From Negativicutes bacterium (GTDB lineage Bacteria > Bacillota > Negativicutes > UBA1444): a stretch of DNA of 64,000 nt. This document shows positions 27,790 through 37,209 of this stretch, in pieces. Position 1 is the first letter of the stretch, and each line of letters begins with the position of its first letter. A program made the translations under genes and the position numbers. Where the stretch lies: the NCBI GenBank assembly GCA_963665275.2, contig CAXXIN010000001.1, positions 32,001 through 96,000 of the forward strand. Reading direction: 5' to 3'. Below the pieces are notes generated by a model. That model was not told the origin of the DNA and ran no database searches. It saw nothing but the letters and a program-made list of their open reading frames with translations.

Positions 27790-29606
27790 TTTCAGCGACA
27801 AGAGCGCGAAATCTTTTCAAACATATGATGCACGGCTGCGTGTTCTGCGAAGTTGTGATTGATTCGACCGAGAAAGCGGTGGGCTATTCTATAATTGCCC
27901 ATAATGATGCCATGATTGCCCTTGTTGGCAATGATGCTGCAGGGAATGACGATCGTGCCGTTAAAGATTTTTTTGATGAAATTAATTTGTTATCTGTGTT
28001 TGAAGAAGTTCGCGGCGACAGCGAATATGTGGCCTGGGAACAGTACTTATCGATGCGGCAAAAATGGTATTCCATTTCCGCGTTTAGTACGGAACCGCAG
28101 GCCATTGTTTTAATGGTTGAAGACATTTCAGAACGAAAACAACTGGCATCAAAGCTGGAAGAAGATCGAAAACGCTATGAGGCATTATTGAAGCAGTCCT
28201 CGGATGCGATTGCCCTTGTAGATGCAGTGTCAACCAAGATTATCGATGTGAATTCTCGTTTGTGCGAGATATCGGGTTACAGTGAACAAGAACTATTTAA
28301 CATGAATATCTATCAGTTGCTCGCAGATCCTACCCATAACATCACTGAATGCCAGAGCGAATTGGCAAGTAATCGCTGTTTGCCAGCCGCAACGAGGTGG
28401 ATTAAGTGCAAGGATGGCTCAACCATAGAGGTTGAACGAGTGGGGTCACTGATAGATAATAACGCAAAAATGTTGGAACTGCTGACATTCTACGATGTCA
28501 GTGAGGAACGAAGACTACAACAAATTATCAATGAAGAAGCGGTTCTGGCGAGTCAGGTACAGCGCCGGATGCTACCCCGGAATTTTCAAAACGACGTTCT
28601 TGAAATCGCAGGGATCTATAAACCCTTGCATATGGTAAGCGGAGATTTTTTTGATTATCGATTTTCTGCGGACCACAAAACATTGACCGGCTTTCTAGTG
28701 GATGTAGCTGGTCATGGCTTAGCGACCGCGCTGCAAACAGCGGCAATCAATGTGTTGCTTCAGGACGTTATTATTCACGAAAAAATGCCGACAACGAATG
28801 AACTGCAAGTACTGAACAACAAAACGAGGGCCTATTTTAACGAAAGTGATTTCGCGGCACTGATCATCTTTCATTTTGATTTTGAGAAAAACATTCTTTC
28901 ATGCGCTTGTTGCGGAATCAATCAAATTTTGACTTTTTGCAGAGAAAAACGGGGCTGGGTGAAAGCCAAAGGAAGTTTCATAGGTGCATTTGATGATCCG
29001 GTATTTGATGTCGTTAGCATTCCTCTACAGTCTGGCGATTGCTTTTATTTTCTTACTGATGGGCTGAGCGATAAATTGAATGAGACGGTGTGCAACGATC
29101 TTTGTAACTTTCACTTCGTATTAGGATACTTAACTGATTTGGCCGGATCTTCGGTCGTGCAGGACGATTGTTCGGCTGTTTGCATCAATATTAAAAAGGT
29201 GACTCGCCATTGTCGCTATGATTTTGCGGGGATGGACGATGTGGAGAAGTTGCAAAAGATTATACGGCATCAATTGGAAAATATAGCAGGAAATCATGCG
29301 TTGCACTTGGAAATCGCATTAAATGAGGCTATCAATAACGTTTTGTTGCACGGCTCAGGGGAAGGCTGTTTTACAATCAAACGCATTAGACGACGAATCA
29401 TATTGAGGATAAAAGATGCTTGGCAAGGATTTGACGTGCGATCCGCTTTGCATCCGTTTGAAAGCGAATCGACGGGGAAAATTGCTGAGCGGGTATTGTC
29501 AAGTGAAACTGGCCGGGGATATCTCATTATGAAACTCTTTACGGATATGGTTTATTATAATCGCAACGGCAGTGAAGTAATGCTTGTCTATCGCTCGGAT
29601 ATATAA
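27786..29606 (+). CDS. PAS-PAS-PP2C(SpoIIE) phosphatase fused to an RsbW-type kinase domain
   Basis: VSGDFF, DVAGHG, TDGL, DDCS; then NEAINN..HG, D..QGFD, GRG; ATGA overlap. Confidence 0.85.
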   Translation: MISATRARNLFKHMMHGCVFCEVVIDSTEKAVGYSIIAHNDAMIALVGNDAAGNDDRAVKDFFDEINLLSVFEEVRGDSEYVAWEQYLSMRQKWYSISAFSTEPQAIVLMVEDISERKQLASKLEEDRKRYEALLKQSSDAIALVDAVSTKIIDVNSRLCEISGYSEQELFNMNIYQLLADPTHNITECQSELASNRCLPAATRWIKCKDGSTIEVERVGSLIDNNAKMLELLTFYDVSEERRLQQIINEEAVLASQVQRRMLPRNFQNDVLEIAGIYKPLHMVSGDFFDYRFSADHKTLTGFLVDVAGHGLATALQTAAINVLLQDVIIHEKMPTTNELQVLNNKTRAYFNESDFAALIIFHFDFEKNILSCACCGINQILTFCREKRGWVKAKGSFIGAFDDPVFDVVSIPLQSGDCFYFLTDGLSDKLNETVCNDLCNFHFVLGYLTDLAGSSVVQDDCSAVCINIKKVTRHCRYDFAGMDDVEKLQKIIRHQLENIAGNHALHLEIALNEAINNVLLHGSGEGCFTIKRIRRRIILRIKDAWQGFDVRSALHPFESESTGKIAERVLSSETGRGYLIMKLFTDMVYYNRNGSEVMLVYRSDI

Positions 29607-29687
29607 GGCAGAAGTGCTTTTGTATGTATACTGTTGATCCAATACGAGTTCTCCATGAAGGGCGGCGTGAAATTGAACAAACTAACT

Positions 29688-29727
29688 AGTCCCTCTGATT
29701 TGCTGCGGCATTTCGGAGGGATTTGTT
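29688..29727 (+). terminator. intrinsic terminator abutting attL
   Basis: AGTCCCTCTGA...TCGGAGGGATT stem followed by a T-rich tract. Confidence 0.55.
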
Positions 29728-29749
29728 ATGGAAATGTTAAGGTTGGGTT
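29723..29749 (+). repeat. attL core
   Basis: TTGTTATGGAAATGTTAAGGTTGGGTT, identical to 49333-49359. Confidence 0.93.
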
Positions 29750-29843
29750 GAGGGATGTCTGTGTTTTCAAGTATTTTCCTGTACCGTCGAAGCCTTTATT
29801 TTATTGGCTCGACGGTCTTTTTTTGTCTCTGCTGTATTCTTGC

Positions 29844-29885
29844 GTTTTGTCCTGTGTTTTGGCGGTTTTGGTATTTGTTTTGGTA
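29844..29885 (+). repeat. integrase arm-type sites, left
   Basis: GTTTTGGTA at 29865 and 29877 (12-bp period), degenerate copies at 29844 and 29856; same 9-mer pair at 49266/49278. Confidence 0.7.
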
Positions 29886-30252
29886 CTTGGAATTTTGATG
29901 AATCTGGTTTTGTCCAGATTCATCATGTTGCTGTTGTAAATTTTATAAAGGATCAGTGAGACCCCTGCATGCGTCCATTCAAATTGCGCTTGTCGGGCAT
30001 GATGGAGTAGGCTGTCATACGTTTACGGAAGCGGTCGATACGAGAACTCATAGGAAGAACTGTAGAATAATGAAATTCCGATTGAATAATCGGATAAGTG
30101 CTTTTGTTGAAAATAATTTTCTCTAAAAGCAGGATTTTATTTTTTTGCACAGAAGTGCGATAATATGATATAGAAAGATTTGCAGTTTAATGATTGTTGT
30201 GGTAATATAAACAATTCGTCAAGAGTTTAATTTTCCGAAGGGATGGATTAAA

Positions 30253-30909
30253 ATGAATAAAGCAATTGATTTTGCAAGATGGTTTATTAAAAACGGGTGT
30301 GATTGGCCCAGGAACAGTCGTGATGGGAATATGCGTTTGCAAAAAATACTGTATTTTTCACAACTAATTCATTTAGCAAGAACCGGAGAAGTGCTTTTTG
30401 AAGACCCGATATTTGCCTTTCAGAATGGATCAGTTATTGAAGACGTGCGATTAGCTTACAAAGAAAATTTTGTATTATTAATTGAGGAATCTCTTTCGTT
30501 TAATCCACAATTTACTTCAGAGCAAGAGAAAACGATACAAACTACTGAAACGCTTTTTTGTGATTTAAGAGCAAAAGAATTGTCTGACCTAAACCATTTG
30601 CATCATTCATGGAAAAATGCTTTCGAAAAATCATGTATGTATGGAAGCCCTCAAAAAAGCTTAAGTACGATATCAGTAGATGATATTAAACTTTACGATT
30701 TGGAAAAAATTAAAGAGATGCTGGTTGCTTATGACATGGCAAAAGGGCAAAGTGAAACTTTTGAGGTGATTAACGGAAGTAAGTTTTACTATAATCCTTC
30801 AGAGTTAACTTTGACGGAAGAAATTTTGGAAACTTTAGAATCATATAGCGGAAATGGAGAGTCCTATTCAATATATATAGACGAGACGCTCGGGATGGTA
30901 GTATCTTAA
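30253..30909 (+). CDS. Panacea (DUF4065/SocA-type) antitoxin
   Basis: MRLQKILYFSQ...GEVLFEDPIFAFQNGSV...LSDLNH...W motif series. Confidence 0.82.
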   Translation: MNKAIDFARWFIKNGCDWPRNSRDGNMRLQKILYFSQLIHLARTGEVLFEDPIFAFQNGSVIEDVRLAYKENFVLLIEESLSFNPQFTSEQEKTIQTTETLFCDLRAKELSDLNHLHHSWKNAFEKSCMYGSPQKSLSTISVDDIKLYDLEKIKEMLVAYDMAKGQSETFEVINGSKFYYNPSELTLTEEILETLESYSGNGESYSIYIDETLGMVVS

Positions 30910-30910
30910 A

Positions 30911-31330
30911 ATGATTATAATTCCTGGGAATGGAGTGGGAATTATTGTCCCCTCTTTTGCTACTGGAAAAGGGACGGCTTATCCAAGGACTCTTTTGGTA
31001 ATCGACACTAATCCTGGTTTAAGACAGTTCACTTTATTAAATGTGTCTTCAGTAAAAGGGAAAGAACATAAAATATTGTGGCCATCAAATGAACCTCTAA
31101 CTTGCTTTAATCCTCCATTTCGCGTTCCGTCTTTCGTTAAACTAGATGAAATGTATACTTTTGATTATTTTCCAAAGTTTGATAAGGCTGTTTTTTCATC
31201 CGGGGTCTTAATTGCGAGCGAGTTGGAAAGAATACAAAAAAAGTTTGCGGAATTTAGCTTAGCGAGCCGCGTCATGAGGGTCAATTTTTCGGAAACGGAT
31301 ATAAAAAATTCGAACCCGCAGCTCGTTTGA
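30911..31330 (+). CDS. PemK/MazF-like toxin (PanT)
   Basis: P..RTLLV, VSS, PSFVKLD pattern; starts 1 nt after the antitoxin stop. Confidence 0.6.
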   Translation: MIIIPGNGVGIIVPSFATGKGTAYPRTLLVIDTNPGLRQFTLLNVSSVKGKEHKILWPSNEPLTCFNPPFRVPSFVKLDEMYTFDYFPKFDKAVFSSGVLIASELERIQKKFAEFSLASRVMRVNFSETDIKNSNPQLV

Positions 31331-31347
31331 TGTTTCCTTTACCCATC

Positions 31348-31387
31348 AGCTCCCTTCTGCATATGATGTCGGAGGGGGCTTTTTTTC
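31348..31387 (+). terminator. intrinsic terminator of the TA operon
   Basis: AGCTCCCTTCTG...CGGAGGGGGCT-TTTTTTT. Confidence 0.8.
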
Positions 31388-31442
31388 TCCTAAAAAGTCT
31401 CCAAAGGGTGTATTAACCATATCTAACAACATAAATAGTTTC

Positions 31443-31470
31443 AAGCCCTCCGGCATCAGCCGGAGGGCTT
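31443..31470. repeat. inverted repeat sharing arms with 32580-32618
   Basis: AAGCCCTCCGG-catcag-CCGGAGGGCTT. Confidence 0.7.
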
Positions 31471-31641
31471 ATTGTGTTATGGCAGGAAACCGGCGGTGTT
31501 CCCCACTGGCCAATTGCGTTGATCCTGTTGCATGAGGCGGCAGCGTTGACATTTTTTTTGCGGCAGGAAAAGAATGGATGGTGAAGAATATGAAATTGAA
31601 ACAATGCTGTTATGCAGTCAAAAACAGATTTGGAGGTTTCG

Positions 31642-32421
31642 ATGTTTACAATCTATGCTCCAAGAAGTGGCGCGCCAAGCTTTGAGCTGCTTGGAATGGC
31701 TATGCCTAATGATGATTGGCAAAAAGCAAAATGTAATTTAATCGATCTTTTACGGGCAGAAAAGAAAGGGGATTCTGCTGATTTTCTGGAAAAATATCCA
31801 TTTGAAATTATGCAGGGAACAAATACTTTTATGGATGAGTTTTTTGTCTTGCATTTTTACGCACCAATACCGCAATACATTCAGCTTAAAAAGGAAGCAC
31901 ATGCCCCGTCAAGCTTGAAATACGAGAATATTGTCAAGGCATTTGAAGAATTAGAAGTTGGATATCTAAGATTTATTGCAGCAAGTTTAGAAACTAATGA
32001 AAAACCTGCTACTATTATTTCTCGCGAGTATACAGGATGGGAAAGACTTGATCGAACAATAACTGAAGCGGAACGACTGCTTGGCGTTGCAACAACGGAA
32101 GAACAGTTCCAATCTATTGGGTTTATGTGCAGGGAGGCCCTGATTTCATTGGCACAAGAAGTATTTGATAAAGATAAGTACCCATCGATAGATGGAACGG
32201 TCATTAGTGATTCTGATGCCAAACGAATGCTGGAAGCGTATTTTGCAGTTGAATTATCAGGGGATAGTAATGAGTTTGCACGAAAACTCTCCAGAGCAGC
32301 ACTAGATCAAGCTAATAAAGTGCAACATCGGCGAACAGCTGGTTTTAAAGATGCAGCCTTTTGTTTGAATGCGACAATATTTTTGACAAAGGCGATCTTG
32401 ATAGTCAATCAGGATGAGTAA
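31642..32421 (+). CDS. hypothetical protein, possible Abi/HEPN-like C-terminal helical domain
   Basis: GGAGG RBS; C-terminal CREALISLA...ANKVQH pattern reminiscent of abortive-infection C-terminal domains. Confidence 0.55.
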   Translation: MFTIYAPRSGAPSFELLGMAMPNDDWQKAKCNLIDLLRAEKKGDSADFLEKYPFEIMQGTNTFMDEFFVLHFYAPIPQYIQLKKEAHAPSSLKYENIVKAFEELEVGYLRFIAASLETNEKPATIISREYTGWERLDRTITEAERLLGVATTEEQFQSIGFMCREALISLAQEVFDKDKYPSIDGTVISDSDAKRMLEAYFAVELSGDSNEFARKLSRAALDQANKVQHRRTAGFKDAAFCLNATIFLTKAILIVNQDE

Positions 32422-32579
32422 GGGAATTTCGTTACCGATCTGCTCCGAATGCGTCCCAGGGGACTTTTATCTTTGCCTAATACCTGCCGAAGCATTTGCT
32501 CGTAATGTCTGAATTGCCAAATTGTTCTCGTCGTAGAGTTGAGTGGTTGTCTTATGCTTTGGGCCCATCAACCCAAAAT

Positions 32580-32618
32580 AACAACAAAGCCCTCCGACTG
32601 ACGGAGGGCTTTGTTGTT
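32580..32618. terminator. bidirectional terminator
   Basis: AACAACAAAGCCCTCCG-actga-CGGAGGGCTTTGTTGTT between convergent genes. Confidence 0.8.
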
Positions 32619-32661
32619 GTGCGAGACAGATATTGGTGAACATGCAGCAATTTTTTATAAA

Positions 32662-33636
32662 TCAAACGTTTTCTGCTTTTTTCCTCTTCCGACTTGCCGC
32701 GACATTGTCTCTGTTTTTACATCCCGTGCATTTTTTCCAACGAGTGCGTCCTTTATTATCAGTCAAGTCAAAGAACTTTCCGCAGGAAGGACACCATTTG
32801 TAAATTCTTTCTTTGGTTACCCCTTGGAAAATTTGTCCCCACATAAATCCTAACAAATTTGAAGGATAATAACACTGAACTAGTTGTTTTGTTTGAAGGT
32901 GGTACATCAATCTGGGGGTGGCAGGGAATTTGTCCACCATACTGTTTACTTTTTCCTGGATGGCTATTGTTATTCGGATTATTGGAGTATTGCCTTCGCG
33001 CATAATCCTGTGATAGGGCCTTTTGTCATACAAGGCGCTTCCTACGCGATAACGTACAGATTCAAAATCTATCCATATGCCGGGAATTCCTCTAACCATG
33101 CAAACAGTGGCGTCATTGATCGCTTTTTCCACGCTACGCAAGTCATTTTCCAATTTCGGTTCTAATTTTTGAAGGTCTTTTTCAGTTGCGAATTCTAGAC
33201 CTAATTCTTTAATAGTGCTTTTGGCATTATTGTACTGCTCCAGCCATGCCGTCAGTTGGCAAACATATCTCATGTCAGCAATGCTATTCCACCAAAACTC
33301 TTTGCTTTCGCCCATAAACTTAGGGTGAGTTGGGTCCTCGTCAGTGAAAAACGTATTTTTTGTCAATAGGCCCCATCTATTGGCAAAGGCAATAAGTTGA
33401 GACTCGCTTCTGATCTCTGTAAAATTTTCGAACAACATCGGATTTTTTTTATTCTCAGGATCAAAACAATCGTAATAAGAAAGTTCTTCTACGGGATCGA
33501 CTGGCACAATAAACGGGGGACGTATTGGCTCGACTGGCTTATCGGTTGGCTTAACAAGGGATACTTTATCTGTAATTTGGTAACCGGACGTTTTGCGTGC
33601 CCACATAAATACTGTTGTATCTTTTCCAACGAGCAT
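32662..33636 (-). CDS. CGNR-type zinc-finger protein
   Basis: C-terminal CPSCGKFF...CTGCKNRDNVAASRKRKK; GGAG RBS before ATG 33636. Confidence 0.65.
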   Translation of the reverse strand: MLVGKDTTVFMWARKTSGYQITDKVSLVKPTDKPVEPIRPPFIVPVDPVEELSYYDCFDPENKKNPMLFENFTEIRSESQLIAFANRWGLLTKNTFFTDEDPTHPKFMGESKEFWWNSIADMRYVCQLTAWLEQYNNAKSTIKELGLEFATEKDLQKLEPKLENDLRSVEKAINDATVCMVRGIPGIWIDFESVRYRVGSALYDKRPYHRIMREGNTPIIRITIAIQEKVNSMVDKFPATPRLMYHLQTKQLVQCYYPSNLLGFMWGQIFQGVTKERIYKWCPSCGKFFDLTDNKGRTRWKKCTGCKNRDNVAASRKRKKAENV

Positions 33637-33789
33637 GTCCTCATCTCCATTTGTAAGCAAAATGTAATCGGATAAAATATAGATTACTGTTACTATCTTG
33701 ATTATTATTATAGGCAGGGGTGGCCTGGTGTGCAAGAAAAATCTATAATGCGTGAGGCATCAGACAAATAAAAGAGAGGAGATGACAAG

Positions 33790-33981
33790 ATGAATAATGT
33801 AGAACTCAGGTCCATACTGGATCGTGCCCGGAAGGAGAATGGCATTTTTGCATACGAAGTGGCTTATTCTCTGGGCGTAAATGATGTGACTTTTTCCCGC
33901 TGGCTCCGCAAAGAACTTACGTCGGAACGGCGAACGCAAATTTTGGCCGCGATTGATAAATTGCAAAAAAAAGTGGGGTGA
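33790..33981 (+). CDS. Cro-like HTH protein
   Basis: YEVAYSLGVNDVTFSRWLR; GAGGA RBS. Confidence 0.75.
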   Translation: MNNVELRSILDRARKENGIFAYEVAYSLGVNDVTFSRWLRKELTSERRTQILAAIDKLQKKVG

Positions 33982-34169
33982 CGATGATGGATAAAAAAAC
34001 ATTTACCGTTAAAGAATTCATGGCAGCGGTCGGAATATCAAAGAGTTTCGCGTACAGGTTGATCAATATGAACCAATTCCCAGTAATAAGACTAGGACAT
34101 CGCAAAGTGCTGATCTCTGCCGCAGTCGTGGATAAAATCATCGCAGGCTATGATTTCACAAAGGATTAG
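33978..34169 (+). CDS. excisionase/AlpA-like winged HTH
   Basis: TVKEF...GISKS.AYRL...FPVIRLG.RKVLI. Confidence 0.75.
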   Translation: MTMMDKKTFTVKEFMAAVGISKSFAYRLINMNQFPVIRLGHRKVLISAAVVDKIIAGYDFTKD

Positions 34170-34181
34170 CAGGATAACACC

Positions 34182-34370
34182 ATGAAAAATCTTTGCACAC
34201 TTCAACAATTTCGAAGGGCGCTGCAAGAAAACATCGATACGAATATTGATAAGCATCACCGTCGAGTTGATATGGTGCTGGTTTTCATTGAAGACGAGGA
34301 ACTTTTGATAGCCGCATGGATCCGCAGAATTGATCGATATGCAAAGTCTCTCAATTTCAGAGGAAAATAA
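34182..34370 (+). CDS. hypothetical protein
   Basis: AGGA RBS, tightly packed in the operon. Confidence 0.5.
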   Translation: MKNLCTLQQFRRALQENIDTNIDKHHRRVDMVLVFIEDEELLIAAWIRRIDRYAKSLNFRGK

Positions 34371-34421
34371 AGCGCGCCAATGTCCCTGCAAAGGTTGACG
34401 GCGCGCGAGGAAGGGATAATT

Positions 34422-34619
34422 ATGCCACGCGATCGAAGCGAGTATTTCAAAAAGCTTCACATTCGAAAGCAGATGGAAAAATCACTCGACCGGACAGATA
34501 TCTGCGGAAAGGACGACTCGACTCCCGCATTGGCTGTGGCGAGGATGCGGGAAAAGGGAGAACATTTAGGTTCAATTTTGCAACAGAATGAACGTGAAGG
34601 CGTTGGTTGTTATGGGTGA
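34422..34619 (+). CDS. hypothetical protein
   Basis: AAGGG RBS, in the operon. Confidence 0.45.
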   Translation: MPRDRSEYFKKLHIRKQMEKSLDRTDICGKDDSTPALAVARMREKGEHLGSILQQNEREGVGCYG

Positions 34620-34625
34620 TTTGTT

Positions 34626-35393
34626 GTGAGCGCGGCGATTCCGGGCGGCTATATTTTGCTTGCAAGAAAAATCATCGACAGCGAGATATGGAAAAAACCA
34701 CCACTGTATATGAAGATATGGATATACCTTCTAACCCAAGCTCAACACGATCAATACAGAGGATTGCAAAAAGGTCAACTTTATACAAGCATCCCCAAAA
34801 TCCAAAAAGCCTGTGCATGGAAAATTGGCTTCAGCACCGTCACGCCAACCAAAGATCAGGTTTTTCAAGTTATCGATTGGATGCGAAAAACATCTACTAC
34901 ACTAGCAACGATGGAAGCACCAATGATAGCAACGATGAAGGCAACACATGGAATGCTTGTAACCATAGATAAATACTGTGTTTATCAGAACTCGAAACTG
35001 TATGAAAGCAACGATGAACCCGCGATGAAAGCAACGATGAACTACGACAATACAAACAAGAACCACAAAAATAACCAATACTCTCTTGTCGAAGCTAACC
35101 ACATTCGACTTGCCGAACTACTGCGGGATTCAATAACCGCTTGGAAACCAAATGCAAAGGTTGATAAAGATCTTGGCAAATGGGCCAACGTCATCAGGCT
35201 ATGCATGAAGGACGGCAGAACGGAAGCTGAGATTGAAGCCGTCATAATATGGGCAACCTGTGATTCGTTTTGGCAGGTTAATATTCTTTCTGCCGATGCT
35301 CTTCGTCGAAACTTCGATAAGCTTCAGGCTAAGATGATGCAATCAAAACCAACACAATCACCAAGTCGAGATTATTCAACTATACGGATGTGA
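34626..35393 (+). CDS. phage replication initiator (lambda-O-like layout)
   Basis: GYILLARKII.SEIW, KIWIYLL..A N-terminus; internal iterons; C-terminal W...DSFWQVNILS...LR..FDKL. Confidence 0.8.
   Translation: MSAAIPGGYILLARKIIDSEIWKKPPLYMKIWIYLLTQAQHDQYRGLQKGQLYTSIPKIQKACAWKIGFSTVTPTKDQVFQVIDWMRKTSTTLATMEAPMIATMKATHGMLVTIDKYCVYQNSKLYESNDEPAMKATMNYDNTNKNHKNNQYSLVEANHIRLAELLRDSITAWKPNAKVDKDLGKWANVIRLCMKDGRTEAEIEAVIIWATCDSFWQVNILSADALRRNFDKLQAKMMQSKPTQSPSRDYSTIRM
34904..35080 (+). repeat. putative replication origin: four iterons plus A-rich tract
   Basis: AGCAACGATG at 34904, 34928, 35007 and 35030, then A-rich 35041-35080. Confidence 0.7.
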
Positions 35394-35400
35394 TGCTGCT

Positions 35401-37176
35401 ATGAACCCTTACGAATTCGCCAGAGCTCACCTTGGAGAATTCAAACAACACGGTAATGAGATTGTTCCAAAGTATTGCCCGTTTTGCCAAGGTGGACCCA
35501 ATAAAGATAAAAATTCCTTCGCTTTGAATGTTGCTAAAATGACGTACAACTGTAAGCGCGGATCATGCGCCGAACAAGGTCACTTCACACAACTTTGTAA
35601 GCGATTCGGAGTTGAAGCTGACAGAGAGCCTGGATATGAAAACTATCGGCCGGTACCAAAGGTTTATAAAAAGCCGGAAACCGTTATCGAAACGCCCCGA
35701 CAGAAAGTCGAATCCTATTTAAAGCTTCGAGGATTTAGCCCGTCGACATGGGAACGGCGCCGAGTTGGAGAAGCGGCCGGCAATATTTGTTTTCCATACT
35801 ATGAAGATTCCAAAGTCGTTTTGGTGAAGTTCCGGAAGCCTGAAAAATATACCGGCCATGGGCAAAAGGCTTGGCGTGAAACTGGTGGCAAAGACATTCT
35901 ATGGGGAATGGACTTGTGTGATCCTCAAAAACCGCTGGTGATAACTGAAGGAGAATTTGACACGCTGGCTTTAGACGAAGCCGGCATTTTTAATGCCGTA
36001 TCAGTTCCATCGGGCGCAGCAAGCATGGAATGGATTGAGAACTGTTGGGACTGGCTGGAACAGTTCAGCAAAATCATCATCTGGGGGGATGCCGACGACC
36101 CAGGGCGGGAGATGGTCCGGAAGGTTGTTTTAAAACTTGGAGAATGGCGCTGCTTCCTCGTTGATTCCGGGCGCCATAAAGATGCAAACGAAGCATTGGC
36201 AAGAGAAGGCAAGGAAAAGACGGCTGCCTATGTGGCACAGGCAAAGCCGATTCCGATTCAAGGGCTCATTGATCTTGCCGATGTGACGCCGGTCGATATC
36301 TCCAACATTGCACGAGTACGATCTGGTATTCCGGGTCTTGATCAAGAGATCGGCGGATTTCTTATGGGGGAACTTTCTGTATGGACTGGCAAGAGTGGAC
36401 AGGGAAAATCAACGCTATTGGGGCAATTGCTTTTGGAGTCCATTCACCAGGATTATGGCGTTTGTGCATATAGTGGAGAACTCCGGGCGGATCGGTTTCA
36501 ATATTGGACAAACCTTCAGGCTGCCGGCCCAAATTACATCGAGCAGTATTTCGATACGGTAAAAAAACGGCCGGTTGGCTATGTTCCCAAGCCAATCAGC
36601 AGCCAGATTCGCGAATGGTATCGGGGAAAGTTCTGGCTCTACGATAACAATATCTTGTCATCAAGCCCTGAAGAAAGCGGGATCATCAAACTATTTACCT
36701 ATGCAGCGCGGCGTTATGATTGCAAGGTTTTCCTTGTGGACAATCTGATGACTTCCCGTTTTGAAGGTGGAAAATCAGACAGCGATTATTACCGGGCGCA
36801 GTCAACTTTCGTGGGGGACCTGGTTCATTTCGCAAAAGCCTACAATGCGCATGTTCATTTGGTGGCTCATCCCCGAAAGACTCAGGGAAAAGTCGATAAG
36901 GAAAGCGTTTCGGGGAGCGGCGATATTTCAAACAGAGCAGACAATGTCTTTTCCGTCGAGAGGGCAGAAATAGGTGCCCCGATCAATACGACGGTTTCAA
37001 TTCTCAAGAACCGATCTGAGGGGATTCAAAATGTCGAAATCGGATTACTGTTTGACGTCGATTGCAAGAGACTCTGGCAGCCTTCAGATGCAGCTGGAAT
37101 GACAAAACTGTATGGATGGGAGACGCAACGAAAAATAACGTGCGCAGATGATTTCGGGCAGGAAGTTAAGTTTTAA
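35401..37176 (+). CDS. T7 gp4/Twinkle-type primase-helicase
   Basis: CPFC...C...C zinc finger, TEGEFD, VSVPSGA, DAD, KDANE (TOPRIM); GKSGQGKS, VDNL, LVAHPRK, GSGDI...AD, KNR (SF4 helicase). Confidence 0.92.
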   Translation: MNPYEFARAHLGEFKQHGNEIVPKYCPFCQGGPNKDKNSFALNVAKMTYNCKRGSCAEQGHFTQLCKRFGVEADREPGYENYRPVPKVYKKPETVIETPRQKVESYLKLRGFSPSTWERRRVGEAAGNICFPYYEDSKVVLVKFRKPEKYTGHGQKAWRETGGKDILWGMDLCDPQKPLVITEGEFDTLALDEAGIFNAVSVPSGAASMEWIENCWDWLEQFSKIIIWGDADDPGREMVRKVVLKLGEWRCFLVDSGRHKDANEALAREGKEKTAAYVAQAKPIPIQGLIDLADVTPVDISNIARVRSGIPGLDQEIGGFLMGELSVWTGKSGQGKSTLLGQLLLESIHQDYGVCAYSGELRADRFQYWTNLQAAGPNYIEQYFDTVKKRPVGYVPKPISSQIREWYRGKFWLYDNNILSSSPEESGIIKLFTYAARRYDCKVFLVDNLMTSRFEGGKSDSDYYRAQSTFVGDLVHFAKAYNAHVHLVAHPRKTQGKVDKESVSGSGDISNRADNVFSVERAEIGAPINTTVSILKNRSEGIQNVEIGLLFDVDCKRLWQPSDAAGMTKLYGWETQRKITCADDFGQEVKF

Positions 37177-37209
37177 CAATACAGAAATCAAACAGAAGGA
37201 GGGAACTTT

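Noticed and set aside
29634-29939. 101-aa hydrophobic ORF spanning attL
   Set aside because: Crosses the recombination junction; its hydrophobicity comes from the T-rich arm repeats
34904-35039. CRISPR-like repeats
   Set aside because: Only 10 bp, irregular spacing, inside a coding initiator gene and no cas genes; better explained as iterons
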